Position numbers and translations under genes: made by a program | Assembly (NCBI RefSeq): GCF_004010195.1 | Contig: NC_057719.1 | Coordinates: 40,524,269 to 40,544,268 of the forward strand | Reading direction: 5' to 3' | DNA from: Chiloscyllium plagiosum | Taxonomy: Eukaryota | DNA: 20,000 bases | Notes under the pieces: generated by a model | Told to the model about the DNA's origin: nothing | Database searches by the model: none | Seen by the model: only the letters and a program-made list of their open reading frames with translations | Part shown: positions 10,956 to 20,000 of the stretch, piece after piece | Position numbering within the stretch: position 1 is the stretch's first letter | Layout of the letters: each line of letters begins with the position of its first letter

Positions 10956-11235
10956 TTTCTTAAAGCATCATGTTTGTGGAGGTGACCAGAGAGCAGGCTG
11001 CACTATACCGAATATTGTGCAACATGGTAGGAATAATTAGTGATCATACAGTGAAGGTACCCCAGAATGGCAATAATTATAATATGATTGAATTTGACAT
11101 TCAGTTTGAGTAGAGAGGAATGGATCTGAGACTTTTTAAAATTAAATACAAGGAAATATAAGGCTATGAAAGCAGAGCTGATCAAACAATAGATAATTAG
11201 AGACCTGACAAACAACTTAAGGATATCTCGGAGTA
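10956..11235 (+). mobile_element. CR1 LINE ORF2 internal fragment (end of endonuclease domain)
   Basis: Translates as FLKHHV..EVTREQAALYRILCN...VKVPQNGNNYNMIEFDIQFE...NYKAMKAELIK. This resembles CR1 FLxQxVxEPTRExAxLDLVLCN...SDHNMIEF. Confidence 0.75.
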
Positions 11236-11237
11236 TA

Positions 11238-12680
11238 CATGTAGTTCTTCTCCTGTAATGCCATGGTTGCATTCCAGTGAAATCTCGCTGAATAGAAAAT
11301 TGCTTAATAAAAATAATGGGGCCTATGGGCAGAGTTGGGTTAGAGGCAGACCAACAAAAAAAATCACTCATGATCACTGAAAAATCACCCAAAAGCCTAA
11401 CAAAAAGTATATAGCAGCCTGAATGAAAGTTTAAATCATATTTATTAACAAAACAAAAGTAAATTCAACGCATTACATTGAAAAAATATTGTTATTGTTA
11501 GGATAGAGGGTCATCATCATCATCACCTTCAGATGCATTGTGTTGCAGAAGTGGATGGCTGTAGTTGATTGTCTTCTGACTTGCGGGTTGGTTTAAAAAA
11601 GGCATCCAGTTTTTGTTGCTTTGCCCTTTTGCTCCTGTCTTGAAGAAGCTGTTCATAGGGAACAGGATGATATTGAGTGAACTGCTACCCTGCGGCATTC
11701 TGTGTTGTAGTTGTTGCTCTCTAAGAGCTGCAACTGTGTCTCAATTTCCCTCAGGATAGAAGACAAAACAGAAGTGGTGCTGTAACCTGGACTTCATGTT
11801 TTTCATCTCCAGTTTCCATTTCCCCCTCAGCAACAAGCTGTTGTAGATCAGCTGTAGACAGGTATTCACAGTGGGACTCGAGCAGCTCTTCAGTATTCTC
11901 ACTTCACACTTCTCCTAAGGCAACCTGCTTTGGAAGGGCAGCACAATGCTCTTTGATTTTTGAGCGTTCCTTTGAAGGTTCACATCCTTTAAAATTGTGA
12001 AAAAAATCCAGGAGCAGCTGCCGCCAAACTGCATGCTGGCAGTCCTTACTGACATCGCCCCAAGCCTCCACAATAATGACAATAATTTTTGATGTTAAAG
12101 CTCCTCCAAAATTGAAGAACGTGCTGTCCTTATTATCCCTGGCAGTAGCTGCAATCATCCTCTTGAATGTGCGTCTCAAATAATAAGCTTTAAAAGCTGA
12201 TATTGTACCCATGGATTGAATGAGTGAGGTTGTGTTTGGAGGTAGAAATAGCATTTTGATGTTTTCAGAAAGCTCACTAATGGTGGCAAGCTGGCTTGAT
12301 GCATTATCCAGGATGAGGAGAGCCTCGAAAGACAATTTTCTTTGCCTGCAATACTGCCTAAAAACATCTTTCAAAACATCGACAATAAGGCCAGAAAAAA
12401 TTTGCTTCACCATCCAATCCTTTTAGCTTGACCTGAAGTAGATGTCTAGAGTGGACTTCAAGGCTCATGACTTGGCAAAGTGGTGCACCACCACAGGTTT
12501 AAGCTTTAAGTTTCTATTGGTGTTAGTGCCCAGCAGCACAGCCCATACACTTTGTAACATCTAGCTTGTCTTCCAAAGTTACAGTCTTTCTTTTGCATTT
12601 ATCACCCATAATTTTGTCACCAGGACGCTTCCTCCTAAGTTAGTGTCCTCCTGAACTATGCCTCTCCTATGCCAAAATTA
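11238..12680 (-). mobile_element. Tigger/pogo-family DNA transposon fossil (TIGD1-like DDE_1 transposase remnant)
   Basis: ORF 11904-12413 has LLILDNASS, FLPPNTTSLIQSM and ISAFKAYYLRRTF, which are pogo/Tigger DDE_1 motifs. Acidic C-terminus EGDDDDDPLS* near 11500. TA|CA boundary at 11236-11239 is consistent with a TA target site. The other end was not located. Confidence 0.88.
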
Positions 12681-12737
12681 TTTTGGAATAATTTTTTTAT
12701 TTCAAAAAATAAAGCTAGCCAGTATATGCTGTTGGCT

Positions 12738-13165
12738 TTTTTTTTACATTTATTCATGAGCATTGTTGACATGATGAGCATTTATTGCCCATGCCTTGAG
12801 CAGGTGGTGGTGAGCCACCATCTTGAACTGCTGCAGTCTACAGGGCGAATAAAGGGATGGTAAAATATTTCCAGGATAGGATGGATTGTGTCTTGAACAG
12901 GAACATGCAGATGGTGGTATTCCTTTTCAACTGTTGCTTTTGTTCTTCTCAGTGGTGGGGGCCATGAATTTAGAAAAGGTTTATTTGGTAAATGCAACAG
13001 TTGTCCCTGTCTTCTGTAGTGGGGACAGTGAATGTCAATCATGCAGTCTGCTTTGTTTTGGATGTTGCAAGCTTCTTAAATGTTGTTGAAGCTGCACTCA
13101 CTTATACAATTGAATAGTATTCCACCATGCTCCTGATGTGTGACTTGCTTGGAGTATGTAGGAGA
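12738..13165 (-). mobile_element. CR1/L2-group LINE 3' end, same family as 8605-9655
   Basis: T-run tail then agcatttattgcccat...ttgagcaggtggtggtgagcc...tgcagatggtggtattcc; reverse complement of the 9.4-9.65 kb segment. Confidence 0.75.
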
Positions 13166-13393
13166 AACAGTTTCTAGCTTCTGTCATTTTTGCAATATGA
13201 ACTTTATGCCACCTTTTTAATTGTGCTGATGAGATTTAATTTTGTTTTCAAGTGATTAAGCTGGCATTAAAATTAAACTAAGTTTGGGATTTAAAATAGT
13301 TTTGATGCAATAAAGTTCATTATTGCTGTCAGATTTAAGCAATTATTTTGTATTTTGTACAGTTTTCATTTATGGGTTCATCCCCTTTTTCAG

Positions 13394-13579
13394 GTAAGAG
13401 CATTTCTCCAACCACCAATGGAAGGAATTGTTTTAGAGACATACGGAACAGGCAATGCTCCAGATAATCGCCCAGATATGTTAGAGGAATTTAAAAAAGC
13501 CATTGATCGTGGAGTATTGATAATAAACTGTACTCAGTGTTTGAGGGGCTGCGTTAGTCAATCATATGCAACAGGAAAG
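13394..13579 (+). CDS. ASPG: ASPG internal coding exon (about exon 8), 186 nt, phase 0/0: VRAFLQPPMEGIVLETYGTGNAPDNRPDMLEEFKKAIDRGVLIINCTQCLRGCVSQSYATGK
   Basis: Acceptor cccctttttcag|GTA and donor AAG|gtgagt. GIVLETYGxGN and NCTQC motifs of the asparaginase C-terminal subdomain. Confidence 0.96.
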
Positions 13580-14004
13580 GTGAGTCACCAATCTACTTGA
13601 AAGATTATAACTCCAATTTCCCTTTGTGCTTAGTATTGCTGCTTTGGCTCTGGGAGGTTCATCTGTTCTTTTTAACTTTAATGAACATTTAATGAATTTT
13701 AATGTTGCTGTGGAGCACATGAGTAAATAATCTTGCCCATGATCACTATTTGTTCCTCCAAAAATTGAATGAATGAGAAAATTATTTTGAGTTTATTAAA
13801 AGCTAGAGAGGTCTGTAAGTAATTGAATGTTGGAACTGGACTTTTCTTTGGGCTGTGGCCCTGGTGTGAGAGAGTGAGACATGTGAAAAGGCAGGCAGTC
13901 TGCTTTCTTACCAGACACTATCACTAACTCCAATGGTATTTTCAACTCTGGAGTTGTCCTCAATGTGGAGGTAGCTGTATTGGTGTTTTTGGAGGGAGTG
14001 GTTG

Positions 14005-14355
14005 GGGTCACAGTGGTTTCTAACTGTTACCTGAGTCAGAATATTGTGGATTCAAGTCTCACTCCTTGACTTGAGTACAAAAATCATAGCTGAAACTTCA
14101 GTGCAGTACTTTGGGAGAGGTGCACAGTTGAAGGGGCTGTCTTTCATATGTGAACCAGAGAACCAATCAGACCTTTCGGATGGATGTAAAAGATTTCATA
14201 ACATGATTTTTAAGAAAAGAGCAGCGTAGCTTTTCTGGTGACCTGGCCAAATCTTATTTTTCTATCAACACAACAAAAACATTATTTGGTCAGTAATCAT
14301 ATTTCTGTGTGCAGAGATTGCATCATGCAGATTTGATTTCCATCTTTTCTACAAT
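14005..14355 (+). mobile_element. DeuSINE/SacSINE1-like SINE, near full length, diverged
   Basis: tRNA-like head (ctgagtcagaa...gtggattcaagtctcactcc, B-box-like), cagtgcagtact, and Deu-like ggatgtaaaagat...aagaaaagagcag...ggtgacctggccaa. Confidence 0.8.
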
Positions 14356-14394
14356 GCGTGTGAATATCTAAATACAAGAAAACATTGCTGTTTG

Positions 14395-15060
14395 ACGCGG
14401 TGAGTTCTAGCCTCCCATCATCCTCTCTGTGAAAAGATTCCTACTCAAATCCTTTCTTAGATTCAGAGATAGATGGCTATGCTCCCTGATAATTGATACC
14501 TCTGCTAATGCATAAAGTGCTTGCCTGTCCAATCTATCTATGCCCCTCTTAACATTATAAACCTTTATCAGGTCCCTTGCAGCTCCAAGGAAACAATCCC
14601 AACCTATTCAATCTTCCTGCATAGCTCAGATCTCCAAGCCCAGGAAGCATCCTGGTAAATCTCATCTGCACCCTATTGATTGCAATCTCATCCTTTCTAT
14701 AATGTAGTGACCACAACACCAATTGCAGCCTTTGTACAGTTACAGTATAACTTCCCTGCTCTTGTTTTCTCTATCTTGGCTAATAAAGACAAGTATCCCA
14801 TATCCAGTCTTAACCACTTTATCCACTTGCAGGAATCAGTGGATGTGCACGCCAAGGTCCCTTAGATTTTCAGTGCTTTCCAGGGGCCGACCATTCATGG
14901 TGCAATCCCTTGTGTTGTTAGCCCTCCCCAAATCTATTACCTCACACTTCCCCAGATTGATTCCATTTGCCACTCCTGTGTCACCTCACCATCCATTGGT
15001 ATTCTCCTGCAGATTATAGCAATTCTCCTCATTATATACCGCCCTAGTAATTATTGTGTT
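14395..15060 (-). mobile_element. Degraded CR1 LINE ORF2 3' region
   Basis: ctccaaggaaacaatcccaacctattcaatct and catcctggtaaatctcatctgcaccct parallel the younger CR1 copy at about 19790-19890. Confidence 0.8.
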
Positions 15061-15064
15061 AGTC

Positions 15065-15570
15065 GTGTTGTGAGTTTGGAAAGAGCTGTCTAAGAATTGT
15101 CAATGAATTTCCGCATGCTTTGTATAAAATTTATACACTGCATGACTGAGCATCAATGGTGAAGGGAATGAATACTTATGGGTGTGGTGCCAGTCAAGTT
15201 GCTGCTTTGTCCTGGATGGTGTCAAGCTGCTTCAGTGTTGTTGGAGTTGCACTCATCAAGGCAAGTAGGCAGTATTCCATCACACTCCTGACTTGTGCCT
15301 TTCAGATGTGTACAAGCAATGGCGAGTCAGGAGGTAGGTTACTTGCCAGTATTTCTTGTCTCTGACCTGCTCTTGTAGCCATTGTATTTATATGGCAGGT
15401 CCAGTTGAATTTCTGAACAATGGCAACCCCTCCTCCCCCAGAATGTTGATACTGGGGGATTGAGTGGTGGTAACACCATTGAAGGTCAAGGCACAGTGAT
15501 TGGATTGTCTCTCATTGGCGATAGTCAATGCCTGACATTTGCAATGCACAAATATTATTTGCCCCTCTTC
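15065..15570 (-). mobile_element. CR1/L2-group LINE internal fragment, same family as 8605-9655
   Basis: gctgctttgtcctggatggtgtcaagc...cagaatgttgatactgggggattgagtggtggtaacaccattgaa; reverse complement of about 9230-9300 and parallel to 4070-4270. Confidence 0.78.
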
Positions 15571-16526
15571 CTGCACTTTGTTAAGCTCTAAAGTGACCAT
15601 ATTCTCAAATGTGCTATCCATGAACCTCCCAACGTTGTGAATGCACTGTGGTGCTCCCAGCTTTGCTGCTGCTCCTTTCCACCTTGCTCATGGGTCCCCA
15701 GCAGGTCTGCCACTGGTCTCCATTCTTGTTGCTGCTTTTAACCTTGTTGCTGCCACTCCTGAGTCTTACACTGGTCCTCTGCCTCTGAGGCCTCACCTTG
15801 CCAGTTTCTCCCACTTGTGATGCTTTGTGTCTAGGGGGTCCCTACCTCACTGTCTCCTTTTTGGTTTCAGTTCACTGAATTTGTTTATTCTAAATGACCA
15901 ACCGTCTGAGGCAGATAGGTACTCCAAATATTTAAAGGCCCCTAACCAAGATGGCATACATGTATATCAGTATAAATGAAAGTGACTCAGCTTCACACTA
16001 AGGCTGTGCTTTGTCGTATTTATTGCTTGATGAAGGGTAATAACATTAGCCCTAATGTATTTTAATAAAAATCGGTTATCACAGAATTGTTACTAATATA
16101 ATTTCTGTTTAAAACTGTCAATTCATTTTTTAAAAGTTGTATTGTGAACAGTTAAAGAATGCCTCAAAGTCAGCTCTTAAGGCACTGAAAGTCTAGTTTT
16201 GAGTTCCATCTGTCCTGGAAGTGAGTTATACTGTGTCTGAACAGGATGATTTAAAAATAATTATGACTGCTTAATAGGTGATGGAAGTATCTTCCAGATT
16301 AGATGATGATCGTCAGTCAGTGACACCTAATCTACTGGTGTTCATGCAATTTATTCAGCAACATAAGTTATAAACAAAGATCATTGGTGTCCTAGTTAAG
16401 ATGGTTCTTGCTCCCAACCATCTTGAGTGACTCATTATGCCTCTCCTCTCCCATATCATCTTGAAATCTATGTTGAATGTCTTCAGTGAGTTACTTCACC
16501 CTCTGCAGCTGGGGCCCTGCTCTGTT

Positions 16527-16672
16527 GGTGAATTGGCCATGCTAAATTACCCATAGTGTTAGGTGCATTAGTCAGAGGGAAATGGGTCTGGGTGGGTTAC
16601 TCTTCGGATGCTTGGTATGGACTTATTTGGCCGAAGGGCCTGTTTCCACACTGTAGGGAATCTAATCTAATC
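16527..16672 (+). mobile_element. HE1-like SINE, 3' half only
   Basis: Near-identical to 16867-17005; ends in gaatctaatctaatc followed by an A run. Confidence 0.9.
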
Positions 16673-16694
16673 CAAAAAAATTTATTTTAGAAAT

Positions 16695-17005
16695 GGGTGG
16701 CACGATGGCTCAGTGGTTAGCACTGCTGCCTCAGAGCACCAGGGTCCCAGGTTTGATTCCAGCCTTGGATGACTGTCTGTGTGGAGTTTGTACAATCTCC
16801 CAGTGTCTGCGTGGGTTTCTTCCGGGTGCTCCGGTTTCCTCCCACAGTCCAAAGATGTGCAGGTCAGGTGAATTGGCCATGCTAAATTGCCCATAGTTTT
16901 AGGTGCATTAGAGGGAAATGGGTCTGGGTGGGTTACTGTTCGGAGGCTCGGTGTGGTCTTGTTGGGCCGAAGGGTCTTTTTCCACACTGTAGGGAATCTA
17001 ATCTA
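16695..17005 (+). mobile_element. Full-length HE1-like (V-SINE) tRNA-derived SINE
   Basis: A box TGGCTCAGTGG (16706-16716), B box GGTTTGATTCC (16750-16760), V-domain tgcgtgggtttcttccgggtgctccggtttcctcccacagtccaaaga, LINE-like tail and (AATCT)n end. Confidence 0.93.
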
Positions 17006-17328
17006 TTCTGGTGTTGCCATTAGGGTCTGACTTTGACTCATTTGCCAGAGCCAAGTAGCCTGTGGTCACGACCCAAACAAGATATCCTCAACATTGAAAC
17101 AGTCCTTCATTAACTTGATCTTGTATAATCATTTGAAAAATTTATACTAGCAAAAATTCTATTAATCTAGTCTTTGATCTCAATTGATAACATAGTTTTT
17201 GCCATTTGTCCTACTCCCTTCATGTAGTGTACACTTAGAATTCACATCAGGGTGCCTGAATTGACTGACATCACACGAGTCATGGATCCAAAGCGGAAAT
17301 TTGAACTTGACCTTTTACCTACTAGGAG

Positions 17329-17350
17329 TTCACATAAAATTCACATAAAA
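17329..17350. repeat. Perfect 11-bp tandem duplication (ttcacataaaa x2)
   Basis: Read directly. Confidence 0.85.
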
Positions 17351-17769
17351 ATGATGCAGAGCACAAAATATGAAAAGAAATTACACATTTTCCTACATTT
17401 GGTTGAGCAGAATATACTTCTGCAATCCTGTTTTGCCTCTGATTTGATAACTATGCCTGTGCTTTGACAAAAACACATCATTGGGTCTGTCACTAAACCC
17501 AATTACAGGACAGGATGCAACAGAGAACCTGTTATAAAATTATTTTAAATTACATAGCTCCGTGGAATTTGTGTGCTATTTATCAATCCTAAAGTGCAAA
17601 ATCAGTTCCTGCATATTTGGACAATAGATTGTTAAATCTAATATTAATTCTGAGCATGATTAGTTATGGGTCAATGTGCAATCATTTTCACACTAATTTC
17701 ATTATATACTATAACTTTCTTCAGCTTCAATTGAAATTTATTTCATGTTCTATTTACTTTCAATTTCAG

Positions 17770-17883
17770 GCCCTCACAGATGTAGGTCTCATTCCAGGGG
17801 GTGACATGACACCTGAAGCTGGTTTGGCTAAATTGTCCTATGTACTAGGCAAGGCTGAACTAAGTATTCTGGAGAAGAAGAAG
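17770..17883 (+). CDS. ASPG: ASPG internal coding exon (about exon 9), 114 nt, phase 0/0: ALTDVGLIPGGDMTPEAGLAKLSYVLGKAELSILEKKK
   Basis: Acceptor tttcaatttcag|GCC and donor AAG|gtatgt. DMTPEAxxAKLSYVLG asparaginase motif. Confidence 0.96.
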
Positions 17884-18373
17884 GTATGTATTTCAGTCAC
17901 AGATTTGTGTAATAGTGCTGTGTGCACTTATTTCCTACAATACCATATTTTAGTTCCATTGAGCAGTGAGAAGGATGAACAAGCATCTTTCTCTAAAGGA
18001 GTTGCACCATATTTTTCTTGACAGCAGGGCAGTCCAGTATTTCTTTGGCAAATATCTTTTGAAATGCCTCAACCTGGATGATCCCTGGGAGTTTCTGAAC
18101 CCTGCCATCAGGCTGAAATGTGGGTCAGAATTGTCTGACCTTCCTTGGGGTAACTAATTAATGGCCAAAGCTTGCAACTTTAAGGCCGGGTTGTTGACTG
18201 TGGAGGACCAATCAGAAGCTTGCCAGCAAGAAAGAAGCATCAGGTAAGAGAGGGAGAGAACACCTGGAGGTGCCCTTTCCAGCTGCCAAAGGAAAAGATT
18301 CCATTTGATTTTGTAATTCAGATGTACTGTCTGATATTTTAAGTGAATGGAATGACCCACCCGCTGTAGCAGT

Positions 18374-18587
18374 GTCATAGAGTCACACAGCGTGGAAACA
18401 GACCCTTCGGTCCAACTCATACATATCGACCAAACATCCCAATCTGACCTCGTTCTATTTGCCAGCTTTTGGCCCTTATCCCTCTAAACCTTTCCTATTC
18501 AGATACCCATCGAAGTGCCTTTTAAATGTTGTAAATGTACCCATTACCTCCATTTCCTCTGGCAACTCGTTCTATACACACACCACC
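18374..18587 (-). mobile_element. CR1/HER1-like LINE 3' end, short truncated copy
   Basis: gtcatagagtc...ggaaacagacccttcggtccaac...ccttttaaatgttg; colinear with 19397-19620. Confidence 0.88.
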
Positions 18588-18862
18588 AATGCTTAAGTTA
18601 TCCATGCAATGTAAGAGACTAGAAGTGGATAATCTATTATAGAATAATCTCAACAGATATTTATTACAATTCACACTGAAGTGCATAAATATTACAGAGC
18701 AGTATTGTTCCTTTCGTGTGTCATGCCTAAAGTGATCTGCATTTCGTTGGAGCTTGTGATCTTTATACCCTTATGTTAAATGCTCCCATGCAACAATGAT
18801 ATCACCCGCAAGACTTTTAAAAGTACACTGATGCATTTATGGTGAGGCAAAATACAACACAG

Positions 18863-19060
18863 GTGTCAGTTAGCTCAGTTGGCTGGACATCTAGGCTTGC
18901 ATTGCAGAGTGATGCCAACAACATGGGCTCAGTTCCTGTGCTAGCTGTGGTTACCATGAAGGTCCTGCTTTCTCACCCGTGCCCCTCGCCTGCGGTGTGG
19001 TGACCCTTAGGTTAAACCAGTTGTGTCTCTCTAATGAGAGAACAGCTGCATGGCCCTCTC
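18863..19060 (+). mobile_element. tRNA-derived SINE (family not named)
   Basis: A box TAGCTCAGTTGG (18871-18882) and degenerate B box GGCTCAGTTCC (18926-18936). The body cccctcgcctgcggtgtggtgacccttaggttaaacca is recalled as a shark interspersed repeat. Confidence 0.7.
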
Positions 19061-19244
19061 AAGTAGCTCTCAAGCTGTGGCCTATGGAATTCTGCAGGTT
19101 CAGAGACTTTCCAAAAGGTCTGAGAACTAAATTACTCCAGCTCAATTTTCATGTGAAATATATTGAAAATAAGAAAGTTTCTAATTGAAAACTTGTTCAA
19201 TAGTTATAAATTTATTCGCATCAATATTAACCTTGCTACCAAAT

Positions 19245-19306
19245 AAAAGCCAAATGATGCTGTAAATCATAAACAAAAACAGAAATTGCTGAAAAAGCTG
19301 AGCAGA
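19245..19306. repeat. Short fragment of an abundant shark repeat end, possibly Penelope-like
   Basis: gatgctgtaaatcataaacaaaaacagaaattgctgaaaaagctgagcag resembles a recalled shark repeat terminus. Family assignment uncertain. Confidence 0.4.
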
Positions 19307-19396
19307 CATTTCATTACCCTACGAGGTAACATCTTCAGTGGGCCTCATGTGAAGCAATGCTGAAAATTCCTGCTTTCTATTTATATGTTTGGGTTT

Positions 19397-20000
19397 AGTC
19401 ATAGAGTCATAGAGATGTACAGCATGAAAACAGACCCTTCGGTCCAAACTGTCCACGACGACCAGATATCCCAACCCAATCTAGTCCCACCTGCCAGCAC
19501 CTGGCCCATATCCCTCCAAACCCTTCCTATTCATATACCCATCCAAATGCCTTTTAAATGTTGCAATTGTACTAGCCTCCACCACTTCCACTGGCAGCTC
19601 ATTCCATACACGTACCACTCTCTACATGAAAAAGTTACCCCTTAGGTCTCTTTTATATCTTTCCCCTCTCACCCTAAACCTATGCCCTCTAGCTCTGGAC
19701 TCCACGACCCCAGGGAAAAGACTTTGTCTATTTATCATATCCATGCGCCTCAATTTTGTAAACCTCGATAAAGGTCACTCCTCAGTCTCCGACGCTCCAG
19801 GGAAAACAGCCCCAGCCTGTTCAGCTTCTCCCTGTAGCTTAAATCCTCCAAACCTGGCAACATCCTTGTAAATCTTTTCTGAACCCTTTCAAGTTTCACA
19901 ACATCTTTCCGATAGGAAGGAGACCAGAATTGCACGCAATATTCCAACAGTGGCCTAACCAATGTCCTGTACAGCCGCAACATGACCTCCCAACTCCTGT
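19397..20000 (-). mobile_element. Relatively young CR1/HER1-like LINE 3' region, running off the window end
   Basis: ORF 19750-19983 (LYRTLVRPLLEYCVQFWSPSYRKDVVKLERVQKRFTRMLPGL...LFSLERRRLRSDL) is the canonical CR1 ORF2 C-terminus. Octamer tail (ACTCTATG)n on the minus strand. Confidence 0.96.

Noticed and set aside
11003..11392. 129-aa hydrophobic ORF resembling a membrane protein
   Set aside because: It is antisense to an A-rich CR1 fragment and spans the transposon end. The hydrophobicity reflects T-rich codons.
11904..12413. Domesticated TIGD1-like gene nested antisense in the intron
   Set aside because: Catalytic-region motifs are damaged, flanking segments are frameshifted, and no intact N-terminal DNA-binding region is in frame.
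16695..16770. tRNA gene (also 18863-18940)
   Set aside because: A and B boxes are present but run into SINE bodies, and I could not build a cloverleaf. These are SINE heads.
1..20000. Prokaryotic-style systems (CRISPR array, operon, defence or phage locus)
   Set aside because: The sequence is spliced vertebrate DNA. I saw no regularly spaced repeat-spacer array and no gene-dense ORF organisation.
17884..20000. Next ASPG exon (LRGEM motif and ankyrin repeats)
   Set aside because: Not found by eye in the remaining sequence; it presumably lies beyond the window.

Overview
This is eukaryotic, AT-rich, intron-dominated genomic DNA, very probably from a cartilaginous fish (shark). That call rests on HE1/V-SINE-like SINEs, HER1/CR1-like LINEs and SacSINE1/DeuSINE-like elements recognised from memory. 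The window lies inside one + strand gene, ASPG (asparaginase / 60 kDa lysophospholipase). Five internal GT-AG exons (1369-1452, 1541-1667, 9953-10065, 13394-13579, 17770-17883) splice in compatible phases into 624 nt / 208 aa of the asparaginase domain. The gene start and end are outside the window. The exons are called 5-9 by recalled homology to human ASPG. The introns are packed with transposon fossils: CR1, L2, RTE, a Tigger/pogo element and several SINE families, with at least two clear nested insertions and a probable third. Almost all ORFs in the supplied track are spurious or TE remnants. I found no convincing new gene system. The best second-look items concern RNA processing and structure: exons that begin with a 5' splice-site motif (candidate recursive splicing), inverted SINEs bracketing exons 7-8, and a double inverted micro-duplication with pseudoknot topology inside an RTE fossil. 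TE boundaries are by-eye estimates and no database search was run.
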